Source: Bilabrum cf. latius (Eukaryota). Taken from it: a stretch of 64,000 bases of DNA. Where the stretch lies: NCBI GenBank assembly GCA_965178125.1, contig OZ237738.1:620001-684000 (forward strand). Reading direction: 5' to 3'. The notes under the pieces were generated by a model. That model worked only from the letters and a program-made list of their open reading frames with translations. It was not told the DNA's origin and searched no databases. Made by a program: the position numbers and the translations under genes. This document shows, in pieces, positions 1 through 11,665 of this stretch; within the stretch, counting starts at the first letter, position 1, and each line of letters starts with the position of its first letter.

Positions 1-3000
1 TTCCTGCGGTGTGATCACCACGCTGCTGCCTGCGTCCGTACCGATATCGAGCTCCGCGGGCCCCCCGCTCGCTCCCCGGAAGCCGCGCCCGTGAGGCCGG
101 TGCACTGGCGTGTCTCCCAAACCCCCCATGCCGGACGGGGTACCAGACGGAGATGGATACGAGTCCCTGCGAGACTCCTGAGGGTCCTGCCCTCCAGCCG
201 CCGCCCCCCACACGCCCGCCTATGCCTTCCCGTCCCCACCATGACCTACCGCCCGTGCTACACCAGGTACATCCTCACCGGCAGCACCCCCAGCCCCGGT
301 GTGGTCTGTGACGGCGAGGATGCCGGACCTCGGTCCAGGCGGGTACTAGTCGAGCCCCTGGCCCTGCCCCTGGCCCTGTGCCGAGGCACGATACAACTCG
401 CTCCCGGCATCCGAAGCGCGATCCAGCGCACTCATGTCGTCTCCGGCCCCGGCACCGCCCCCGCCCCACGAGCTTCCCCGCCCTGCCCCAGCCAGCCCCT
501 GGGGATACGCATGGAAAGACGCCGGATCCGCGCCGGAATCTCCCGCCAGCAACCGCTCCAGTGCCGCGTCCACGTCACCGCGGGTCATCATGCCCTTAAG
601 CGCGGCGGTGAAGCGGCGACGATGACCCTTCTGCGTGATCCTGATTGCTGCGGCAACCGGCTTGAAGGTGGCTATTCCGCGAGGCGCAACCCGCAGCTCT
701 GGTCGCCCAAGGTGGCGCGCAGCCCCATACCCCGCGTTAAAGACCATGTCCACCATCACCGCGCCAGCAGGACCCTCCGCCCCGGCCAGGTCGAGGGCAC
801 CGTGGGCGTACTGGCCCATGTGCAACCGAGCATCAAGCCAGGCGGCCACCTCGGCGCCGTTCCAATCCACCAGTCGCCGCCCGTTTCTCGCGGCATCGGA
901 CACCACGTTCTTGGCAGACCGGCCCAGGTATGCCGCGGGCGCGCCATCTTCCAGCGCACGGGTGGCCGCCGCGAAGGAGGTTGGCCTGGGCTTGCCTGCA
1001 GCGTCTGCAGCCGCGAACGACGAGGTTCTACGTTCCCTTTCACCCACCGATTCGCCGCCGGCAACGCCGGTCGCGTACATCTGAGAGCCTTCGATGGCGT
1101 CAGCAGCATCTGCTGCTCGCTGGCGATCCGTGACTTGGTGCACGCCGGCCCACTCACCGCTCACCACGCTCCCGCTGGCGCTGCTCCCGCGCCTCCTGCT
1201 GCGGCGGCTCCTCCTCCTGTGCCGATCGTCTTCGATGCCCTTGGCGCCCAAGCCAGTCGCGTACATTGCCGAGGCATCCACGTGGTCCTGGCTCTCTTCC
1301 TTGCGCAGAGCCAGCTGCTGCGTGCTCTGCTGGCCCACGTGTTGCGGCGGATTGTAGCCCGCGAGACCGCCGCCCCCTTCGTCGTCCATGGTGCCGTACG
1401 AGCCCGCACCGCCGGAGCCAGGCGCTGCCGCCTGCTGGGCACTTTGTTCCAGCCCCACCTGGTCCTGGTCCTGGTCCTGGTTCTGCAGCAGGGGCGCTTT
1501 GAGCCCGGCATCCTCCTCTGCGGATCGCGCTCGGCCCACCGCCGCGGCGCCGTGGCTGCGCGCGGACCGAATGCGGCCGCGACCCATCCGTCGCGAAGGC
1601 TGGGGCTGCTGCTGCTGCTGCAGAGGAGTCGTCGGATCGATCGCCTTTGCTGAGCTGTGCACCAGCGCCTGCGAGTCTGAGCCACCAGCGTCAGCCCACC
1701 CGTCCCCCATGTGCACGGTCCTCACCCCTCCCTACATAGCTGCCTGCGCGTCCACGGTGGCACCGACCCTCACCGCCCATGCGCCCACATCTGTTCCGGA
1801 TCCGCCGGTGGAGTTCACCGCCACGCTGCCCGAGGTGACCTCGTCCAGCCCCAGGCAGAAAGAGCAAGTCCTCCGGACCTCGCCGCGGGCCAGAACCATG
1901 GGATCATCCTGGATGCACGACCCCTGGGTGAGCACAGTGGCGGCCAGCAGCACCAGGTCGTGGATGAGGGTGCAACCCCCGGCTGCCAGCAGCGGCATGA
2001 ACACCCACACCGGCCTGAACTGGCCGGCGTCAGAAGGAACGGTCTGACTTACGCCACTAAACAATTCGCTTTGAGCATCGGCCGAGTCTTCTGGAGCTTC
2101 TGGTCCAGACCCCGGCTTGAATGGAGACCAGCCTGCGTTCAGGGACTCTGCCGCCAGGCACAGGCTGATCCCAGCCGCGAGCGGGTAGGCGGCATCGACT
2201 GCAAGCACCCTCCACCGCCCCGCCGCAGGTGCGAAGAGAGCGTGGGCTGCGATCATGGCCACACCTACCGCGATGCACAGGGCGATGACAGGCGCAAGGA
2301 CAGCCCACCAGTCCACGCCAGACAGCAGGCCATCACCTCCATCCAGCCACGGACCAGCGAGACCGGGAAGGAGTGCGCTCGCAACGCAAAGCATCCCGGA
2401 GAACAGGACGCCGGCTCCGATTCCAATCGTCACACCGGTGGAATTTTCGTCGCGAACCGACACGAATACGGCTCCTGCGAAGAGGACGAGGGCCAGCAGG
2501 CCCACCTGAGCAGCCAGGGGCACCGCGATGACGAAAGCGGAGGCGGCAGCGGAACCGGCTGCCGTGTACCCGTCGGCGCGCAGCGCCCATAGCACCAGTG
2601 TGACGAGTGCCCCCGGCCCGGCCGCGGTGGGCACGCCGACGGCCCACCCGCCCGCCAGCTGCATCAGTCGCATGTTCCTGTCGGCGCCCCCCCCGTGTGC
2701 CCCTGCCTCCCTCACTGCGACCAGTCCCTGGACCAGCCCCACCCATGCGAGGCCGATGCTTGCGAATAGTGGGGCGCTGAGCTGCATCCACGACCAGGAG
2801 GTGACGGAGGAGGGGGCGCGATCCCGAGCGGCGACACCGTCGCTCCACTCGGCTTCCAGCCGGCAACACACCAGCGCCAAACCAAGGAGCTTGGCGAGGC
2901 CAGCCGAAGCTCGCAAGCCGTACAAGCCTAGAATTGGCGTGGCATCATCCGCTGGTCCGATGCTACCGAGTGCTGCTGGGTCCAAACGGCCCTTGCTCCC

Positions 3001-3613
3001 AGATCCCATCGTGCGCCGACCTGTGGACCCAAACAGCGTCAAGAGCACGTATACCGTGCTTCCAGCCATCAGCGCCCAGGTCTGCGACGTGTAATATTCT
3101 TGTGATAAGGATAATGTGCAGATCGCGCCGGTGTCCGGAAATAATTGGGCACGCATTGTATGACTGCAAACGGCTCGCACTTACACACGCCCTCTCGGCC
3201 TCCGTGCCATACTTGGTGCTGCTGGCTAGCCTCGGAAGTCCCAGCACCAGCGTCAAGACCCATGCTGATTTGAGAGACAAAGGTTCAGCCACCCCAGCTG
3301 CAACAAAATAGGCACATGCGCCTGCATGAGCTGCAAGACAGACGATCTGGAGTATGTAGTCGGCATAGTGCACTGACCAGTGCGATGATATCGTCGCAAG
3401 GGCAGCACATGGGCAGCCAATTAGTAGGATGGCAACAATCAGGCTCAGCACGGCCCGGCGACGATCCAATAGAACAGTGCGAGGCGATGACGAGCAGGCG
3501 AAGCGAAGCGAATGCACAATGGCTGCTGCCGCTGCTATCAACAGCCCTGCATCAAAGATGAACGCTTCATAGACCCAGTTGTGCCTATCTTGCAACGCTG
3601 ATGATGGATTCAT
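1..3613 (-). CDS. Multi-pass membrane protein (TMEM185-like motifs) with C-terminal SAM-like domain; 3' end lies beyond the window start
   Basis: Exon 3185-3613 (start could be 3736), intron 3082-3184 (GTAAGT...TCGCAG, phase 0), then one frame to base 1 across TAGs at 1732, 346 and 220. Several hydrophobic segments with SWSWMQLSAPLF and VDWWAVLAPV motifs. LVDWNGAEVAAWLDARLHMGQY resembles the start of a SAM domain. Confidence 0.65.
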
Positions 3614-4110
3614 GCTGGTGCCTCTACCCAGCAAATTGTGCGGCGGAGGACGAATGGATCGGCCTCTGATGGCTCCGAATCGAACCACAGCCACACGCAT
3701 GAAATGTGGTGGCCGGCACGATTGGCGTTCATGCATCGAACAGTGGTGTCAATTCGCTACAAACCTCATCCTCGAAGCCGCATCGAAAGCCGCCCCGCGC
3801 ATCCGGATCCGTGATGGAACCGCACCGTCACGGTGTCGCACCCCTGGCCGGCGTGCGCCCCCACAGACCCACCGTGACGTGCCAGTGCCAGAGCCCCCTT
3901 CATCTGCGATCGTCACGCAGCACGGGTGCTCGCTTGCCTGAGATTAGGCGAGACCAGCTGGGGTCAGTACTCACGGCAGGTCTGGGGATTGCCAGCACAC
4001 TGGCAGTGCCCGCAGTCAAGAGCACGGGGAACCTCAGAACCTTCAAGAAGTTCCGCGATATTGCACCTCCGAGCCAGAACAAGCGCCGTCAACCGGTCAC
4101 ATCTGCCACA

Positions 4111-4613
4111 ATGTGCAAGTGCTCGGCCACCACTAAGGCGTGGACAGGGATTGTTATATCTTGCTTTATAGGCTTTGCTATGCTATTGGCGGCTTCGAGT
4201 GCGGAGAATCGTTGGTAAGACTCGGCCAATCTGCTGTATCTGGACATTGCTCGTTTGTACACCAACTTTGGATGCATGTTTCTTACTCATCGTGCGATTG
4301 CAGGTATCCTATGCTGTTACTCCTAGTTATTCTCGTGCTACCGGCGCCAGTAGTTCTACTCGCCTCCCTTGAGGTAGATCTTGAGCAAACAAAAGGCGTA
4401 AACTAGTATCAGAATTTTGGGGTTTGCTTATTAGGCATGACTGCGGCATTCACAATCGGATTTCCTGTATTTTTGTTCCAGTTTGGCGTGGCGTCAGCCA
4501 CACAGCTTGGCCTAATGCTCGGAGCGCCGCCAGTGATTGGGATCGGAGCCGGGATATCCGCCTAGTGGTTCCCTAAAGTAGATGACGATGAATCAGCGGG
4601 ACTGATGATGTAA
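4111..4613 (+). CDS. VPS55: Vps55/LEPROT-family endosomal membrane protein, 137 aa
   Basis: Exons 4111-4214 and 4304-4613; intron 4215-4303 (GTAAGA...TGCAG). Spliced product ...FIGFAMLLAASSAENRWYPMLLLLVILVLPAP...FGVCLLGMTAAFTIGFPVFL... has the four-TM Vps55 pattern and size. It needs TAG 4404 and TAG 4563 read as sense, and ends at TAA 4611-4613. Confidence 0.75.
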
Positions 4614-4930
4614 TGCAAGCATTGCGAGTGATGGAGGGATGAGGTGAACGGCGGATTCAGCTGCGCCTGGAATTGGCATCCATGTCGGCGTGCTTGCATT
4701 GCAACCACGCATAGAGAGGTCGAAGTCGCAGCAGGCAGGACCCACGCGCAGCGGATGGTTTGCTCTACTGACAAACGATGATAATAGCTGCTGATGGTAC
4801 AGTGCTTGGTAAAAATAGGTGATGTGCAGCGAAGTGCAACCGAATTGAACAATGGTAATGATCGTATCTTTGGCCCACGCCGTCAATGAATGGTCACCTA
4901 ACCCCACACCCAATCCATTGGACACAACGA

Positions 4931-5656
4931 TCAGTGGTGCTCAGCCTCAGCCCGCTTCTCCGCCAATGTCTTGAAGTGGTGATCGTGGGTGCCGTTAGCA
5001 AGCTCCGGCTGCAAAAAGCAAGTTGGCAACGGGAACGAATCGATCGCGCAGTTGTGTTCAGCATTGCTGGGACGCTTTAAAACCATTCAATTGTGCTAAT
5101 GTCTCACCAGACGGAAGACTGGGCTCTCAAACTCCTCCTGGAAGTTCTCCTTGTAGAACGCGCTGGACTTCACGCGGGATTCGTCTGCGATGGAAGAGAT
5201 GTGCGCTTATAACTAGCAACAGCTGCATACCATGTGAACCAGCAAAAAGAAAAGAAAGCTTGCGCTTGTGCTCACGAGTGGCATCGTTCCCAGGGTTCAA
5301 GGCCATGGACAGCAACACAATCGCAGACCTGCGGGGCATGAACAAGCTTAAAGAAAGACGCTGAAGGTGGGAGGGTTGGGCCAGTTCATCTAAGTACGAC
5401 TAATCGTCTTGTTGCATTTCCGAGACGCTTCCACTTGCGCCTCTGGTGTCAGTAGCGCATGGCTCTGAGCTCCTGACACTTGCGATTCCGCCAGAACTCA
5501 CGCAGCAGAGACGCCAAGTGCTTGGAATCCCTTCATGTGTGCAAAAGTAGCAAAGTGCCTGTACGTTCGGATGCCAACATGCGAAAATAGGCTACCGTTC
5601 ACCATCTTTTCAGCCAAAAGCGCGAATGTCCTTCGCAGCTTGAATCTGCATTTCAT
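4931..5656 (-). CDS. Small 4-exon hypothetical protein (~120 aa), single hydrophobic segment, possibly mitochondrial
   Basis: Exons 5502-5656, 5276-5328, 5108-5184 and 4931-5008. All three introns are GTGAG...GCAG with consistent phases. Product ends ...SAIVLLSMALNPGNDATHESRVKSSAFYKENFQEEFESPVFRLPELANGTHDHHFKTLAEKRAEAEHH-TGA. Start codon uncertain. Confidence 0.6.
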
Positions 5657-5746
5657 GTCGATAGCGTGTATTTAATCTATGGTAGAACGTTCAGCTGAAG
5701 TTCGATCTTGGCACCTCCCGCAGAGCTTCTCATATTCGCTGCCATC

Positions 5747-8700
5747 ATGTCGGCAACCGAAGCAAAACATGCAAGATTTCCAGTAGAAGGGCTTATGCCT
5801 AGAACCGAAACACGAGTGAGGTTTGCCTACGTGCTTGACAGAAAAGATGCCTCCTGGATCGCTCTGGAACGCCCTCCCCATCCGATTCCATTTCGAATCC
5901 TATCCCGCAGGCCGATGAATTCACTCGCGCCAACCCATCATTCGATGGACGCGGTGTAGTAGTTGCTATTTTCGACACTGGAGTGGATCCGGCGGCACTA
6001 GGCTTGCAGAAGTGAGATAGTGGCATTGGGTTCTGCTCCGCGACCGGCGCCTCTGTGGGAACCGTTTTTCTTGTTAGCAAATGGGTTGTACGGTCTAGTT
6101 CAAGTGTTATTTTGAATATATTTGGCGCAGGACTTCGGACGGACGCCCAAAAGTCGTCGATGTGGTGGAGTGCACAGGCTCGGGCGACGTGGCAATGGCC
6201 AAGCCGCAGAAGTCCGTGCCGCAGTCTTCAGGAAGCGGTCGAACGATCAAAGGCATCACTGGTCGCGATCTGCTCCTCAATCCCGAATGGAACAACCCGA
6301 AAGACGAGTGGCGCGTCGGCGCCAAGGTCGTCAAGGAGCTGTACGCCACCACTTTAGACCGACGTATGTCCAGCACAGCGAAGAGCGAGCGCGCCAGGAG
6401 GGTGCAGCGCCTGGTGGGCGAAGCCAAGCGTGCACTGCAGGCATGGGACGCATCCAATCTCGGCGGCAAGCCCTCCTCCACTCTGACAGGCACGAAGAAG
6501 CAGGACAGGGAGGAGCTTCAGGCGCGGGTGGACGCTCTCTCCAAGCTGGACTCTGCGCTGTCCAAGGACGACCCGGGCCCGTGCGTGGACGTCGTGTGCT
6601 GGCACGATGGGGCCGTGTGGAGAGCCGCGGTGGATGCCTCGTTCAGCGGCAACATGCGGAGCTCGCCCGGCCTGGCCAATTTCAGGGTTGAGCGCCAGTA
6701 CGCCACCCTGGACGAGGACTCCCAGCTGTCGTACTGCCTAAATGTGTACGACGACGGCGACGTGGTGTCGATCGTCACGGACGCGGGCTCCCACGGCACG
6801 CACGTCGCCTCTATCACCGCGGGCTGCCACCACGACGCCCCTGAATACGACGGCGTGGCGCCGGGGGCTCAGATCGTCGCGCTGAAGATCGGCGACACTA
6901 GGCTGGGCAGCATGGAGACACTGCAGGGCCTGCAGCGGGCTCTCAGGGCCGTCGTGGACAATGGCTGCGACGTAATCAACATGAGTTACGGCGAGCCCAG
7001 CCTGTGGCCCGACTGGGGCAGGTTTGTGGAGCTGGCCAACGACACCGTCAACGACAAAGGTGTCGTGTTTGTGGCAAGGTGAGAGCTGCTTTTCGTGGAC
7101 TGAGCGCGCGTGCGTCTAAGTGCCTGTGCTCGGCTGTTGTGGGTTTGTGCTTTCACTCTTGCGTCAAAGTGCTGCTTTTGCTGGCTGTGTGCTGCTTGGC
7201 TAGTGTGTATATCGCGGTGGTTATCCTCGCGCTGGCAGTCTCCATTGCGCCGCTGCTGCCCTCTGGGCCCGGCCCTGCCTGCGTGGGGAAGCCTCGCGAA
7301 GATCAATGGGACCTTTACCGGTCCCGACTCGCGTGACGACCTTGATGGGCCACTCCCCGCGCCTTAAGAGGATAATGCGATGAGGACAATCCGCTTGAAA
7401 TTCTCCTGCTCTGCTGCGCTTGTGGTGCTTGCTGCGCCGCCTTTGGCATGGCCGGTTGCCTCATGTTCATTGTTGGTGCGTATTCTAGCGCTGCTTCCGA
7501 TGTGGCTCGCCTTTTCGTCCCGTTTGCCTTGACACTATATTCCCTTGGCCTTTCCGATCCATTCGATCTCACAGCGCCGGCAACAACGGGCCTGCCCTGA
7601 CAACGTCGGGGTCCCCTGGTGCTACCAGCTCGTGCATCATTAGCGTGGCAGCTCTGGTGTCGCCCACCATGGCAGAGGCAGAGTACGGGGCCCGCCGTGG
7701 CACCGCCCTGAAGCCGTACACGTGGTCCTCGAGGGGCCCCACCATGGACGGCGAGCTCGGTGTCACCGTGGGCGCGCCGGGCTCCGCCATTGCAAGCATC
7801 CCGACGTGGAACCTCCAAGGCAAGCAGCAGATGAACGGCACCTCCATGAGCAGCCCGAACATGGCAGGCTGCGTGGCTCTCCTGCTCTCTGCAGCCAAGG
7901 CGTCGGGCCTCTCGTGGACCCCTGCCTCCATCCGACGCTGCATCCAGAACGCCGCCGCGCCCGTGCCCGGCGCCGAGGTGTGGGCCGTGGGCCGGGGCAT
8001 GGTGGACGTCGTTGCGACCTGGGACCTGATGCAGGCCGCTGCAAAGCGGGCCGACGAAGAGGCCCAGCGGGCGCTCCAGGCTGCCCGCACGGACGAGAGC
8101 GACGGCATCGTGCAGTGGGCTGGCATCGCCGAGACTGCCCCGGAGCCTTCTTTCTCCCCGTCCAAGCGAGGGGCGGCGGTGTCGGCCGATCCCGGCCAGA
8201 CAGCCAGCACATCTCCCCCTGCCCCTCCTTCTGGACCTGCGCCTGCCAGCGGGCGGCAAGCCGCGTGGCAGCACGGCCTCACCCGGGAGACGAGGCTGTC
8301 GGTGGACGGCGAGGCGGCCCAGCGAAGGGGCATGGTCACGGGCAAGGGCGAGGACTTCAGCTTTCCCGACATGGTCGTCAGCGTAGGATACCAGGGCGCC
8401 GGTGCTGGTGCGCCGAAGGGAAGGGGCGTCTACTGGCGGGAACCGGCGCAGTCTGCCAGCAGCCAGGAAGTGACGGTTTCGGTGCGTCCGCAGTGGAAGG
8501 CGGGTGTGCACCCGCGGGTGAAGACTGCCTTTGACCGGAAGTACAAGCTGGTCAGCACGGCCGACTGGGTGGAATGCGCCGGCCACCTCCACGTCTCCTC
8601 GAGGGGTGCCAACTTCTCGGCGCGCATCGACGCGGATCAGATCGGCCGGACGGGTGCACACTACGCCGAGATCCGCGGGTTCTGCCTAGCCCACGGCAGC

Positions 8701-11235
8701 GCAGACGAGTGCGAGCAGACGGGACCTGATTTCTTCGTACCGATCACGGTGGTGATTGCGGAGGGCGCCGAGTCGCTGTCACCCAACGGGGTTGACACGG
8801 GCTACACCTTTGTTTCGCAGACCAGGGGTGATGCCACGTCGACCCAGGGGCATCCCGGGCAAGCAGACGCGGCTGCAGCCCGCCCTGCCTCGGGCGCACC
8901 AACCACGATCGCGTTCGGGCCCGGCCATCTGGAGCGCCGGTTCATCCTGGTTCCTCCCGGCGCCTCTTGGTGCGACATCTCGATCAAGAGGGTGGATGCT
9001 GGGTCCGACGAAGACAACCTTGCTGCAGGCACGGCAGATGAAGGCGTGGCGTCCAGCGGCGCTGGCGCCGACGGCGGCAAGGCATCCTTGTTCGGCACGC
9101 CAGGCCGCCGCGCGCAGCTGGGATCCACGCAGGCGTCGATCTTGGACGAGGATGCCCGGTCTGGAGGCGCCCTGGTGACGGCCACTGGCACCGGCAGCGG
9201 CACCGCGTCAGGTGCCGGCGGGGAGTAGCCGGTGGTGGACGCCTCCTCCCGGATCATCGCCGTGCATGCCGTGCAGGTGCGACCGCACGTGTCGCTGCAC
9301 CAGTCAGGCAAGGAGCGCTACATGAGGCTGCGGCCCGGGGAGGAGAACAGCATGGGCATGGGTGTGGTGGCGGGCCTCACGCTGGAGGTGTGCGTGGGCC
9401 AGTACTGGAGCAGCCTAGGCTCTAGCGGGCTGCAGGTCCAGGTGCGGTTCCGCGGCGTGAGCGTGCAGGGCTCGGGCACGTTCTCCTCCGGGTCTGGAAT
9501 GCTGCACCTCAGGCCGCAGCCACTGATGCACGACGTGCTGGTAAAGCCAGAGGCAAAGCTCACCCATTGGCACATGGCTGTACCCCCCAGCAAGTTCGTG
9601 GCCGAGGCCATGGGCGAGCGGGATACCCACACGGACGGTGCTCGGCTGTCTCGACTCGAGGTCAGGTACGAGGTGACTGCGCCGGCGTCGGGGTCTTTCG
9701 TGCCTCGTGTGGGCGGGTTGCACGGAGGCAGGCTGCTGTACGAGGCACCTTTCGACTCGCACCTGGTCGTGGCGCACGAGGCAGACACCGGCAAGATCAT
9801 CGGCACTTCGGACGCGAAGGGGGACGCGATCTCCCTGTCGTCGGGCACCAAGTACGTGTTCCGGGTGCAGGCCGTCCTTCCCAAGGCGTCCGATCTGGAG
9901 CAGCTGAAGACGCAGCCTCTTTATCTGATGCACAAGCTGTCGAGCGCCATCACTCTCAAGGCGCACGGGTGCAAGGGAGACGCACTGACCGGCGGGAGCG
10001 GCTACTCGATGCGCAAGCTCCGCCGGTACGTGCAGGATGATGTTTTCTTCGGGCTGCCTGCCTCGTCAAAGCTGCCTAAGAAGGCCAAGGCTGGGGATTA
10101 TCTCTCTGGCAACGTCCAGTTCTGCGACTACGAGAGCGCTGCCGGTGCGCTGAACAAGGGCAGGCACCCCAGCGGCGAGCAGAGCATCGCGTTCTACCTG
10201 GGGCCGTCGGAAACTCCCAAGGAGGCATCCGCCGAGCTGCCTGCCGTACCGAAGGCCTCGGGCGGCAGCAAACCTGCCTCCTCGGAGGCGTCGTCGTCGA
10301 GTGGGGGAGCAGCAGCGTCCGGTGCTGGCAGCGACGGGGACGCAGGTTCGAGCCCCGATGCAACGGAAAAGGAGGTGGCGGAGGCTGTGCGCGACGCGTC
10401 CGTGAGTGCTCTCAAGAAGCTCAAGTCGCGCGCCGCATTTGACCTGCTCCACGATGCGCTGCTGAAGGAGCACCCGGAGCACCTGCCGCTGCTGCAGGCC
10501 CGGCTTGACTTCGAGGTTGATGCGCTGCGCAAGGAGGACCCCCAGGGCACCGGGCTTGACGTGGCGTCCGTGCGAGTGGCCGTGGCGGCTGACGCGGTGG
10601 TGGCTGCGTGCAACCCCGACGAGCTGGCGGCGTACTTCGGCCGCAAGGTGTACGAGGACGAGCTGGAGGGCGACGAGCTCAAGAGGCACAAGGACATGGT
10701 CAGCAAGAAGAAAGACCTGGTCAAGGCTCTGAGCGCGAAGGCGAGCGCGTTTGTGAGGTGCGTGCCTGCACTGGCTCGGGCTGGCAAGGAGTCCAGCGCT
10801 GCGGAACTCCCGGCCGCTGCTCGCTCTGTGCTTGCGACCAGCGGCAAAGCGGACGGGGGCGCGGGTGCGACTGCCGGGGGCAATGCAGCATAGGAGGCCG
10901 AGAACAACGCGGTTGCTGAGGCGTTTGGTGATGCCGTGCGGGAGCTTGGCGTGTGGAAGGACTTGTCGGGGTCAGACAAGAAGGGAGAGCTGGCGGTGCT
11001 GCTGGCCGAGAGGCACGTGAGGGCGGGCCGGCCCGCGAAGGCCCTCATGCTCGTCCACGGCTGCATCGATGACGGAGCAGCTGCTTCCTTCGAGCACCTC
11101 GGCGGGACTGCGGCCGCAAGGTCGTGCCGCGCTGCTCTGGTTGCTGCGCTCGGCTGGGACGTCTTCAGTGAGTCCATCGAGCGAGCTGAGGCTGGTTTGC
11201 GCGCGCACAAGGCCCAGTGCGCTGCACCCCTTTGA
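5747..11235 (+). CDS. TPP2: Tripeptidyl-peptidase II (subtilase S8), ~1592 aa
   Basis: Exons 5747-5815, 5911-6011, 6131-7078 and 7575-11235. Motifs [16 protein letters not shown] (Asp), HGTHVA (His), SAGNNGP (across the splice junction) and [12 protein letters not shown] (Ser). In-frame TAG at 9226 and 10891; ends TGA. Confidence 0.95.
7079..7574 (+). other. TPP2 intron 3 (496 bp, unusually long for this window)
   Basis: GTGAGA...TCACAG; splicing restores FVAS/AGNNGP. The other introns in the window are about 70-175 bp. Confidence 0.9.
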
Positions 11236-11665
11236 TCGCGTGGTGCAGTAGCTGGTGCAGCTAATGGTCCGCACAGCATGAGGACATCTCGGCGATGCAT
11301 CGATACGATCAAATTCATGCATCAGAGTTGTGCAATTCACTCCAAGCGATTGCTGCTAGGCCTATACAGTCAAGTGTTTGTTTTGCAGTGGAGCGAATCT
11401 CAGGCTGTACTCATCACCCCAATCAAGCATGTCTCGAGTGTTTCCAGCCCACTTCACAAGGCGATCAGGTGTCAATGAACCAATGAACCCTGAGATTTAA
11501 CAATATCCCAGTACTTACTATCCCGCTGGGCATCGCTGGTGTTGCTTCAGCGCTTACTGCCAGTCGCGAGCTCGAGAGCAAGGACTCAGTACAAGCAAGT
11601 GCTCTGTTCAACCTGGGCCGTCGCTAGCCCGGTCCTGCCTGGTATCCGTCCTCTCATACTTGAAA

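Noticed and set aside
91-1653. Long antisense or alternative-frame ORFs (e.g. 91-1653 +, 7315-8661 -, 10194-11318 -, 41858-43021 -)
   Set aside because: Shadows of GC-rich coding sequence overlapping better-supported genes; no recognisable motifs.
7335-7400. TPP riboswitch in the TPP2 intron (GGATAATGC resemblance)
   Set aside because: Lacks the CUGAGA and ACCUGAU core in the right arrangement, and the gene is unrelated to thiamine.
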